A DNA stretch of 52,905 bases, from the NCBI GenBank assembly GCA_964622305.1, contig CAZUPR010000003.1, positions 1 through 52,905 on the forward strand, written 5' to 3'. This DNA is from an uncultured Eubacteriales bacterium (GTDB taxonomy: Bacteria > Bacillota > Peptococcia > Peptococcales > SKKY01). Below are positions 18,294 to 26,217 of the stretch, piece after piece. Position 1 is the first letter of the stretch. Each line of letters opens with the position of its first letter. The notes below the pieces were generated by a model that was not told where the DNA came from, searched no databases, and saw only the letters and a list, made by a program, of their open reading frames with translations. Position numbers and translations under genes: made by a program.

Positions 18294-19313
18294 TTATAAA
18301 AATAAGACATAAACAAATGGAATTATCATTATTGCTGTTATCAACCTTATTATCTGCAAAATAGCCACCAAACCGATATTTACTTCAATTTGATCTGCCA
18401 AGATCATGATGGGGGCAATACCACCCGGCACCACGCCTAAAAAGCAAGTCAGATAATTCCATTTAAAGAGCTTGTTGAAAATCCAGGCCAGTAAAAAACT
18501 TGTAACCACAGTAACTAAAGTAATTAGTACCAGGATAAAAAAAGAATCTAAAATAACCATAAAACTTTCCCGGTTAAAGGAGCAGCCAATTACAGCCCCC
18601 ATTCCTAGCTGGGCAAAGTTATTAACCTGATCTGGTGGTTTCTGAATAAAGTCAGGCAAAAGAATTGAAGCCAGGGCAGCAAAGAAAAGACTGCCAGTAA
18701 GAAAGGCCGCCGGAAGGTTAAAATAATGAAAAATTAAGGCTCCAACTATAGAAAAGACTGCCAAAAAAAGCATTTTTTCTGGTCTTTTTTCTTTTATCTC
18801 ATATCTGACCTGGTCTGCTTTGCTGGTTCTTTTTTCAGCATATCTTTTTACTAAAAAAGGAATCATAACAATGATTGTAAGCATCCGCATAACTTGAAAA
18901 GATGTTACTGTCATTAAATCTGCCTTCATATCGATAGCCATAAGACTTACTTCGCCCAGGCCTCCTGGAATAACTGATAAAAAAGATGTTACCCGGTCAA
19001 AAGACGAGAGTTCCTGAAGGATAGTGCCATTTAGAAGGGTCAGGCCTATATACCAGAAAATGAGAATAATTAAGGGCAGTAAAATCTCCTTGAAATTTAA
19101 AATTAATTTCTTGTCAATTCTCAGCCCAAAAAAGATACCCAGTAAAACAGAAAAAAGAATGTCCCACAAGGGAGATAAGGACAGACTCCCCCCCAGAACA
19201 TTATAGGCCCCTATAGTAAAAACAGGGCCCATAAGTCTTGATCCGGGGAGAAATCTCGCTATAAATTTTGCTCCTAGTAAAGTAAGAATAATTATTAAGA
19301 CAAAGTCAATCAT
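18294..19313 (-). CDS. AbrB-family (AbrB duplication / AmoA-like) membrane protein
   Basis: 339-aa polytopic protein made of two similar halves. Each half starts with an LP..xL.G motif (FLPGSRLMGP; NLPAAFLTGS). Confidence 0.55.
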   Translation of the reverse strand: MIDFVLIIILTLLGAKFIARFLPGSRLMGPVFTIGAYNVLGGSLSLSPLWDILFSVLLGIFFGLRIDKKLILNFKEILLPLIILIFWYIGLTLLNGTILQELSSFDRVTSFLSVIPGGLGEVSLMAIDMKADLMTVTSFQVMRMLTIIVMIPFLVKRYAEKRTSKADQVRYEIKEKRPEKMLFLAVFSIVGALIFHYFNLPAAFLTGSLFFAALASILLPDFIQKPPDQVNNFAQLGMGAVIGCSFNRESFMVILDSFFILVLITLVTVVTSFLLAWIFNKLFKWNYLTCFLGVVPGGIAPIMILADQIEVNIGLVAILQIIRLITAIMIIPFVYVLFL

Positions 19314-20161
19314 TCTAATTTAGTTCCCACCCTTGCTTCTAAAGGTACAGAAAATCTTTCTAGTTTATTATGACTCTTTAGATCATATGTTGCCTTATAA
19401 GTGAATTTTTCAAAAATATCTACTACACCTTCGGGGCTTTCGCCATCATCTTTAAGAAATTGGCCTAACTTCTGAAGGTTGGGAGTAAAATCAAGCTCCA
19501 TTTTTACAATATTCAAGCTGCGGGCATCCACCCAGATTGAAAGAATAAAATCACCCATGGCTTCAAGAGCCTCTGGATTACCCACAAAACTACCCAAACT
19601 TAAATTTAAAACACTTTGGTTTAAAACCCAGGAGTGTATTGAGGGGTCACCATGCAAATCATATTTAATCAGATTAGCTGTGCTTGCCTCCTGATCCTTT
19701 TTAATAAAATCGCTCTTTGCCTGATGGGCAATAAAAAGGGTCAAATTCTGAGTTGGGTTATTTACTATGTCCTCAGGGAAGAGCAAATTCTCTCCATAGT
19801 ACCAGGCTCCTTGCTGGAAAACATAACCAACCAGGTCACCATTTAAATAGTGAATATAACTCTTGTAATCCTCCATACTATCTAAAGAAACATTCTGAAT
19901 AGTATAGGCATTTTCAATAAAAACAGGGTCATTAAAAATTTTGGTCTTTCCATTAACCTGAGCATCTATAGGTTGATTCTCACTGCCACTCTTAAAAATA
20001 AGGGTTGAATCAATTTCCACACTCTCTAAATTTAAAGTGTTATCAATTGCTTTGGCAACCAGCTCGCCATCGCTTAAATCCTTAGAAGCATTGCCCCCGG
20101 AGCATGCTGCACTTAAAAATAAAATTCCTGCTAATGATATTGCTAATAGTGTTTTCTTCAA
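19310..20161 (-). CDS. Hypothetical lipoprotein
   Basis: Signal peptide with lipobox LSAACSG; no recognisable domain. 4-nt overlap with the downstream AbrB-like gene. Confidence 0.6.
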   Translation of the reverse strand: MKKTLLAISLAGILFLSAACSGGNASKDLSDGELVAKAIDNTLNLESVEIDSTLIFKSGSENQPIDAQVNGKTKIFNDPVFIENAYTIQNVSLDSMEDYKSYIHYLNGDLVGYVFQQGAWYYGENLLFPEDIVNNPTQNLTLFIAHQAKSDFIKKDQEASTANLIKYDLHGDPSIHSWVLNQSVLNLSLGSFVGNPEALEAMGDFILSIWVDARSLNIVKMELDFTPNLQKLGQFLKDDGESPEGVVDIFEKFTYKATYDLKSHNKLERFSVPLEARVGTKLE

Positions 20162-20247
20162 AATCTAATCTCCTTCTTTCATATTTCATCCTCTTTAAAT
20201 ATAATGATAGTATAAAACTATTGCTTAGTAAATCTTGGAGGACAATT

Positions 20248-22545
20248 ATGAAAAAACCTTTACTCTTTATTCATCTATTATTCCTTTTTTTTGCCTTAAT
20301 CAGTCTGCCTCTCTTTGCGGCTGATGGCTATAAATTGGTTTTAGAAGGCGACTTATCTGCTGGTTCTGATAATAATAAATTAAGAGCTTTTTTTGTTGAC
20401 CCAACTGATGCAAGAACAGAGGTTACGGCCGATGCAAATATAGTCTGGACCTCATCAAATAAAACTATGGCTGTGATTTACCAGAATGGCGATGTTTTTT
20501 TCTCTGGTGAGACCGGCACAGTTACTTTTACTGCAACCTATAGTAAGGATAACAAGGACTACACAGCCACTAAAAGCTATACTTATGAACCAGCTGAATC
20601 CAGAGTTTACACCCTAATTATAAAAGAAAAGCTGGAACCAGAAAAGGTAACCAACCAGCTTTCCCTCTACAGGAAATATGGAGATGACCGTGAAGAAAAG
20701 GTAGAAAATGACTTTGTAACCTGGGAAACTTCCGATAAGGTTGTGGCCACAGTCGACAAGGAAGGAAATGTTGTATTTACTAAGGAGGCCGGCAAGGTAA
20801 CCATTACTGCCAGGCACCGGGGCCGTTTTGCTTCAGTCACTGCTACCTATCCCACAGAAATTAAAGAACTAATTATTAATGAGTCCTTAACTTTTACTGA
20901 TGCTTTCTTTAATAATCCTCCAAAACTTACTCTGACTGCAATTATAAATGACGGGACTTCAGAAAGGATTTCCTACCCCCAGTGGACTTCCAGTAATCCA
21001 GATGTTGCCGGAATCGACACCTACGGGACCTTAAAGCTTACCGGAAAAGCCGGTACCACAGTAATTACGGCAGCAACTGAGGGAAAAACAACATCCAAAA
21101 GTCTGACTGTTCCAGAAAGCCAGGCCATCAACTTAAGAAATATCTTTTTCACAGAAAATCTATTTTATTCATCAACAGGACAAAAATTGAAGGTTTCAGC
21201 CCTCTATGATAATAACTCTGTTAAAGATATAACTAATGAGGTCACTTTTACTTCATCAAACCCGGATTTAGGCCAGATTTACGGCGACACACTCTATTAT
21301 TCAGGCAGTTCAGGTAATCTTACTCTGACAGCCAGATACGAAAACATGACTGCCTCTATCCAGGGAATTATCTATCCCAGCAGAGGAGCCAGTAAGACCC
21401 TGACGGCTATAAAATTTGAAAAAAACATTTATAGTATCGAAGATAACGGCAAGCCCCTGGTGGTTTACGGAATAAATGCCGATAACAGTCGCTTTAAAAT
21501 TAGCAATCCCCAAATAAATATCCTGCAAAAAAATATTGCTGAGGTAAAAAATGGTATCCTGCAATTTAAGGGAATCCCTGGCAATGCAGTAATTGAAGCC
21601 ACCTATGGCCGCCTCAGAAGTGAGAGTAACCTCTATAACTTCAGGCCTGAAGGAGCTCTAAAACCTAATAAAATATATATTTTGTCAAATTTAAATACAT
21701 CGGCAAAAATTGTTCCCCTTATAGCCGTGGCCCGCTACAGTGACGGTACCCTTAAGGATATAAGCGAACTGGCAGTCTGGAATGTTAGCAATACTGTTAA
21801 TGCTCAAATAAGCGACACCGGCAAGGAAGTGAAGCTCCTTAACAATAAAGACTTCACCCTAACCGTTTACTATGAGGGTTTAAGCGCCACAATTGCCTCC
21901 AGAGCCTACATTATGCCAAACTATACCAATGCCCTTAACACTAACATTGTTCCCGTAAAAAGGATTTACGAGAATGCCAGCCGCATGCTGGAAATAAACA
22001 AGTATCTGCCCTACCCGCCTGATATCCGAGGGCATTGGGCTGAGCCGGTCCTTAGAAAGGGCCAAATGATTGGCTGGGTTAAAGGTTTCCCAGATGGCAG
22101 CTTAAGACCAGACCAGAAAATCACCAGGGCAGAGTTTGCAGCCTTTGCAGACAGAGTCTTTGATCTGACAGCCAGCCAGGATTTATTTTACCAGGACACA
22201 CTTAACCATTGGGCCAGCCCCAGTATTTCAAAATTTAAGGCTCTCAATATTTACAATATGTACGAGACAAGATTCAGACCAGATGACTATCTGACCAGGG
22301 AAGAAATGGCCGATTTTATAGCCAGATTTGCAAATATAAGAAACACCTCTAATAATCCCTATACAGATGTGGATACATCCAACCCCTACTACGCCTCAAT
22401 TCTAAAGGCGGTACAAAGCGGAGTTATGGTTGGTATGGACCAGAACAGATTTGGACCCAAAGAAACCGCCACCAGGGCTCAGGCCTTTGCAGTTCTTAAC
22501 AATCTCTTAAGAACAGATGTCAACATGGCAGAAATATTGAACTAA
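20248..22545 (+). CDS. Cell-surface protein with about six Ig-like (Big_2-type) repeats and three C-terminal SLH domains
   Basis: ATG 20248 follows GGAGGA; signal peptide MKKPLLFIHLLFLFFALISLPLFA. Repeated modules of the form W.SS....A.v...G.v.f....G.vtitA. SLH motifs FPDGSLRPDQKITRAEFAAF, RFRPDDYLTREEMADFIARF and FGPKETATRAQAFAVLNNL. Confidence 0.8.
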   Translation: MKKPLLFIHLLFLFFALISLPLFAADGYKLVLEGDLSAGSDNNKLRAFFVDPTDARTEVTADANIVWTSSNKTMAVIYQNGDVFFSGETGTVTFTATYSKDNKDYTATKSYTYEPAESRVYTLIIKEKLEPEKVTNQLSLYRKYGDDREEKVENDFVTWETSDKVVATVDKEGNVVFTKEAGKVTITARHRGRFASVTATYPTEIKELIINESLTFTDAFFNNPPKLTLTAIINDGTSERISYPQWTSSNPDVAGIDTYGTLKLTGKAGTTVITAATEGKTTSKSLTVPESQAINLRNIFFTENLFYSSTGQKLKVSALYDNNSVKDITNEVTFTSSNPDLGQIYGDTLYYSGSSGNLTLTARYENMTASIQGIIYPSRGASKTLTAIKFEKNIYSIEDNGKPLVVYGINADNSRFKISNPQINILQKNIAEVKNGILQFKGIPGNAVIEATYGRLRSESNLYNFRPEGALKPNKIYILSNLNTSAKIVPLIAVARYSDGTLKDISELAVWNVSNTVNAQISDTGKEVKLLNNKDFTLTVYYEGLSATIASRAYIMPNYTNALNTNIVPVKRIYENASRMLEINKYLPYPPDIRGHWAEPVLRKGQMIGWVKGFPDGSLRPDQKITRAEFAAFADRVFDLTASQDLFYQDTLNHWASPSISKFKALNIYNMYETRFRPDDYLTREEMADFIARFANIRNTSNNPYTDVDTSNPYYASILKAVQSGVMVGMDQNRFGPKETATRAQAFAVLNNLLRTDVNMAEILN

Positions 22546-22588
22546 GGCTAAAGACTAAACTAAATCTAAACTATACAAAAATCAAGAA

Positions 22589-22626
22589 AGCCCGGCTAGC
22601 AGATTTTGATAACCGGGCTCTTTTAT
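22589..22626 (+). terminator. Rho-independent terminator of the SLH-protein gene
   Basis: agcccgg-N17-ccgggct followed by cttttatt. Confidence 0.6.
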
Positions 22627-22628
22627 TC

Positions 22629-23018
22629 TTAGAGAAGAATATATTCAAGTAGAGAGTTGGCTATTTTGCTTGGTTTGCAACCAGGTGACGTTTGATATAT
22701 TTCTCCCTCAGCATTCTGCCAAATCACTATACCATCAATGTTAGCTTCCTCAATTACATACCAGGACAAAGGGATATTAGCAAACAAAGCTCTTTTCTCT
22801 TTTGTTACTGAAATAACATCTAAGCGCTCATCATCGGTTATTCCTGTTAACTCATGGCCATCAAAACACGCAAGACCAATCTGACCTAAGTATTCTTGAT
22901 AATCTTTGGAAAAAAAAAGCTGCAAATTATCTTCTGCATAACCTATTTCATCATCTGTTCTTCCATTAGAACCAATATAATCCTGCATTCCTTTTAATGC
23001 GTCAATTATTGTATTCAT
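22629..23018 (-). CDS. SUKH / SMI1-KNR4 family immunity protein
   Basis: 129 aa. DDEIGYAEDNLQLFFSKDYQEYLGQIG..FDGHELTGI matches the SMI1/KNR4 N-terminal pattern. Lies immediately downstream of a nuclease toxin. ATG 23018 is 8 nt after GGAGGA; the track TTG at 23024 is too close to the RBS. Confidence 0.7.
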   Translation of the reverse strand: MNTIIDALKGMQDYIGSNGRTDDEIGYAEDNLQLFFSKDYQEYLGQIGLACFDGHELTGITDDERLDVISVTKEKRALFANIPLSWYVIEEANIDGIVIWQNAEGEIYQTSPGCKPSKIANSLLEYILL

Positions 23019-23020
23019 AT

Positions 23021-24241
23021 TCAAATTCCTCCATTTGCAAATACCACTTTACCCATATATTCCCAAAATTCTTTTCTTACTGTTGTGAACTCAGATCGAT
23101 TTATTTCTGATGTTTTATCAACAATATTTAATATAGTAGAATTACCCTGATGCTGTGCCTCAGTGAGTATTGCAAGAGTAGCATCTTTTTTTTGCCCAAT
23201 ATGGTGTAACTGATACGCTTTTCCTGTCTTAGGATCTAATGGTGCATATCCTTTTTGCATTCTCACAAGATTGGTTACTTTATTTCCATCAGGAAGTTGG
23301 CTCACATAATTTAAATCAATGTTTTGAACAAGTGCAACTTTATTATTTACAATAATAGGTCTCAAACCAACATCCTTATAAACATAATACTCTTCTAAAC
23401 TGTGTAATTGAGTAATTATTTCCTTAGGCAACATAGAATCTTTCTGAATAATAGCAACCTCGTTCATAGTTAGCCCATTAGCTGTAGCTTGTTTTAATGC
23501 AAAAGTTTCGCCTACTCCACCTACAATTGCCCCAGCTATCGCACCCCATTTAAATGCTTCACTTCCTACTAAGAGAGCTTCTTCCTTAGATTTCTTTAAA
23601 TCCCCTGTCTCTATTCCTGTTACAATACCAGCAGATAAACCACCCAGTGCACCAGATGATAGGGCCATAATTGCACCAGTTTTTGCCGATGTCGCAAATA
23701 TTACGCTTACAGCAGGTGCACCTACTCCTGCTGATACGGCAGAAACTGTAACACAAACTAAAATCACACCAGTCCCGATAGCCACATCCTTAAGCATGGT
23801 TTCTGTAGAAAGATCTTCAATTGCCAGCATTTCCGTTACTGTAGTTTGCCCATTCTCATCTAAAGTGAAGATATAGCGGATGCCTTGGAAAATATCATCC
23901 AGCTCTGCTAATGTATAGCCGTAAAAGATATTTGCTTGTGAGTTAAAGGCTAATTCATCTATATATTCCTTAGAAATATAAACAGCACTAACGTTTTCAA
24001 TGAAATAATCCTCACTATTTAAAGATAAAACCGCTTCTCCATATACCAAATCTTCAATATAAGAAAGAAGTATTTTATCATCTAAGGCAAAATCTCGTGG
24101 CTCTGAATAATCCCATACAAGCCTATCAGTCAAAGTTTTCACTTGAGAATCAACATTACTAGGCTCCATTTGTGACTTAGCAGGTACACAGCCTGTAAGG
24201 AGCATCGTAATGCTCAGAAAAAGAGCAATTATTCGTCTCAT
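23021..24241 (-). CDS. Lipoprotein-type polymorphic toxin with a C-terminal HNH/EndoVII-fold LHH nuclease domain
   Basis: Lipobox MLLTGC (aa 14-18). A Gly/Ala-rich hydrophobic TG-repeat segment spans aa ~155-245. The C-terminus reads GKAYQLHHIGQKKDATLAILTEAQHQGN, with the LHH codons at 23201-23209. ATGA overlap with the upstream gene. Confidence 0.7.
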   Translation of the reverse strand: MRRIIALFLSITMLLTGCVPAKSQMEPSNVDSQVKTLTDRLVWDYSEPRDFALDDKILLSYIEDLVYGEAVLSLNSEDYFIENVSAVYISKEYIDELAFNSQANIFYGYTLAELDDIFQGIRYIFTLDENGQTTVTEMLAIEDLSTETMLKDVAIGTGVILVCVTVSAVSAGVGAPAVSVIFATSAKTGAIMALSSGALGGLSAGIVTGIETGDLKKSKEEALLVGSEAFKWGAIAGAIVGGVGETFALKQATANGLTMNEVAIIQKDSMLPKEIITQLHSLEEYYVYKDVGLRPIIVNNKVALVQNIDLNYVSQLPDGNKVTNLVRMQKGYAPLDPKTGKAYQLHHIGQKKDATLAILTEAQHQGNSTILNIVDKTSEINRSEFTTVRKEFWEYMGKVVFANGGI

Positions 24242-26052
24242 TCTTCTTCATCTCCTTTCATTTGCTTCTCTTTCTTTTTTCTATCTTTTGCTAGAAAGAA
24301 AAAAATGAGGCCTGCCCCAATAATAATAGCAGCTATAAAGAAAATTTTTACCCATGAATTTGATTGATTAGCTTTTTCTGTTTGCCCAGGCAGGGGAATA
24401 TTAATTTTTATATCGTCTAGTTGAATAGCACCACTCTCTGATATTTTAGCTCCCTGGCTAATCAAATCATTTATTTCTGAAATTGCTAGCCCACTTGTCA
24501 TATGAGCACGAAGAAGACTGTCTTTACCAACATATATTTTTTTAACAGTCGACTGATTGGTATACTCATTACTGACTGTTATGGAGTAAATACCTTCATC
24601 TGTGTATTTTGCCCCATCCCTGGCTGGACCATTAGAGCGTGTATCCTCTATTAAACCGTCAGCCCCTTCTTTCATCACTTCACGTTTAATATTAATTTTT
24701 AAATATCGTGATTTTGCTAGGTCCAGACGGAAACCATTTTCCGTCATTGAGCTATTAGTTAACTCACTGTTTGTTACAATATCAAAAGGGTAAACCATGC
24801 AGTTGCCATTCCTAACGGAAAATTTAAAGAAGATGCGATAATGCCCAATCTTGTCTATTAACTCATCTTTTGTAACCTCATAGTTAAGGGTAATTTCATA
24901 ATCGCCTTCCTCAAAAAGTTGAACTTTTGTATCAGCCCCAACACTAGCATTTGCCTCTAAGTAATTAGTATAAATTATTGGTTCTGCTTTAATATTATTA
25001 TGATCTGTATAACGAATTATTAAAACACCACGACCAAAGTTCATTTTAGGTGTCTCAAAATACTGATCATAGCCCTCTGTATCGGCAGTGATAGATAGAT
25101 TGTTTTTCCCATCAATAGCGTTAATGTTTTCATTCAGTCTAAACCATAATGCTACCTTATCGCCAACGTTCTTTAAAAAGACAATATCTCCTTTTGAGTC
25201 AACGGCTTTGTCTGTATATCCGCTGACAAAAAAATCGCCAAGATTCCAGCCATAATGTATATCATTTTTATTAATAGTTTCTTCCCCAAAATAACCATCA
25301 AAGTTTTTAACACGAACTTTAGAGCCTAAACTATATGTTTGGTTATTATCAACTGTTTCTATCTTGTTTTTATCTGTATGTGCATATAATTCATATACCT
25401 CTGCATATCTTTTATATTCATATTTGTCCATATTAACTAGAGGCAGATTACTTTCTTTAACCATATTTCGAAGTTCATATACAATAATTACTCGATAATA
25501 ACAACCATTCATCAATTGAACATCATTAGAAGAAAAAAATGATTCTGTCCTAATAGGAGTGTCACTAAAAGCATTATAAATAACGCTATCATTAATCCAA
25601 TTTATTCTATCCTTAGATGTCTGTAAAATCATTGTTCCTTTCATGATACTAGAGTCAAGCTTAACATCTGCTACTTTTTTACTCTTGTCATTAGTTAAAA
25701 GCCATGATTCTTCATCACTATTAAATTTGAAATCTCCATAGTTATAAAAAAATTCCAAATTCCCCTCTGTAACTTCATAAGAGGGAATGCCCTTTACCTC
25801 TGTAACATTCGAAATGTCTCCTCTGACAAAAAAAGATCCATATGTATTACCCTCATCAGATATTGAAAAAATGTCACTCTTATTAAATTCGTAATTGTTT
25901 TTCTTATCGAACTCATAAACCTTTCCGGCTACCTCGGCCTTACCAACATCAGCAAACCCGTAAAAAGGCAGGAAGCAAAATAAGATCGAAAAAACAAAAA
26001 TACCCAAAATCATTATTTTTCTTTCCCGTAACCCAAACTCACTCTCTTTCAT
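24238..26052 (-). CDS. Uncharacterised secreted protein with a C-terminal membrane anchor
   Basis: 604 aa from ATG 26052 (GGGAGATGGG lies upstream; the track TTG is at 26070). N-terminal signal/TM IMILGIFVFSILFCFLPFYGFA. A beta-rich, Asn/Tyr-rich body. C-terminal TM WVKIFFIAAIIIGAGLIFFFLA followed by a KDRKKKEK tail. I recognise no known motif. Confidence 0.75.
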   Translation of the reverse strand: MKESEFGLRERKIMILGIFVFSILFCFLPFYGFADVGKAEVAGKVYEFDKKNNYEFNKSDIFSISDEGNTYGSFFVRGDISNVTEVKGIPSYEVTEGNLEFFYNYGDFKFNSDEESWLLTNDKSKKVADVKLDSSIMKGTMILQTSKDRINWINDSVIYNAFSDTPIRTESFFSSNDVQLMNGCYYRVIIVYELRNMVKESNLPLVNMDKYEYKRYAEVYELYAHTDKNKIETVDNNQTYSLGSKVRVKNFDGYFGEETINKNDIHYGWNLGDFFVSGYTDKAVDSKGDIVFLKNVGDKVALWFRLNENINAIDGKNNLSITADTEGYDQYFETPKMNFGRGVLIIRYTDHNNIKAEPIIYTNYLEANASVGADTKVQLFEEGDYEITLNYEVTKDELIDKIGHYRIFFKFSVRNGNCMVYPFDIVTNSELTNSSMTENGFRLDLAKSRYLKINIKREVMKEGADGLIEDTRSNGPARDGAKYTDEGIYSITVSNEYTNQSTVKKIYVGKDSLLRAHMTSGLAISEINDLISQGAKISESGAIQLDDIKINIPLPGQTEKANQSNSWVKIFFIAAIIIGAGLIFFFLAKDRKKKEKQMKGDEEE

Positions 26053-26144
26053 TCTCGTCCCATCTCCCAACTTTAGTTAATTGTAGTAAATTTGTCCTAT
26101 TTAATAATATCAAAAATTTTAGAATTAATCGATTATTCTTATCT

Positions 26145-26188
26145 AAAAAGAAAAAATGCTGCTACAGTTTCTATAACTGTAGCAGCAT
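26145..26188 (-). terminator. Rho-independent terminator of the chemoreceptor gene
   Basis: 14-bp stem atgctgctacagtt / aactgtagcagcat (26156-26188), followed on the minus strand by a T-rich run. Confidence 0.75.
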
Positions 26189-26217
26189 CCTGCTTAAAAA
26201 TTCTTATTTATTTTATT

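Noticed and set aside
20104-20247. 48-codon N-terminal extension of the SLH protein
   Set aside because: The extension overlaps the divergent lipoprotein gene and promoter region. ATG 20248 has a GGAGGA RBS and begins a proper signal peptide.
22546-26217. Direct repeats or att-like sites flanking the toxin cassette (ttattctta at 22624-22632 and 26133-26141)
   Set aside because: A 9-nt AT-rich match is expected by chance. No integrase, tRNA or IS element is adjacent, so mobility cannot be supported from the sequence.
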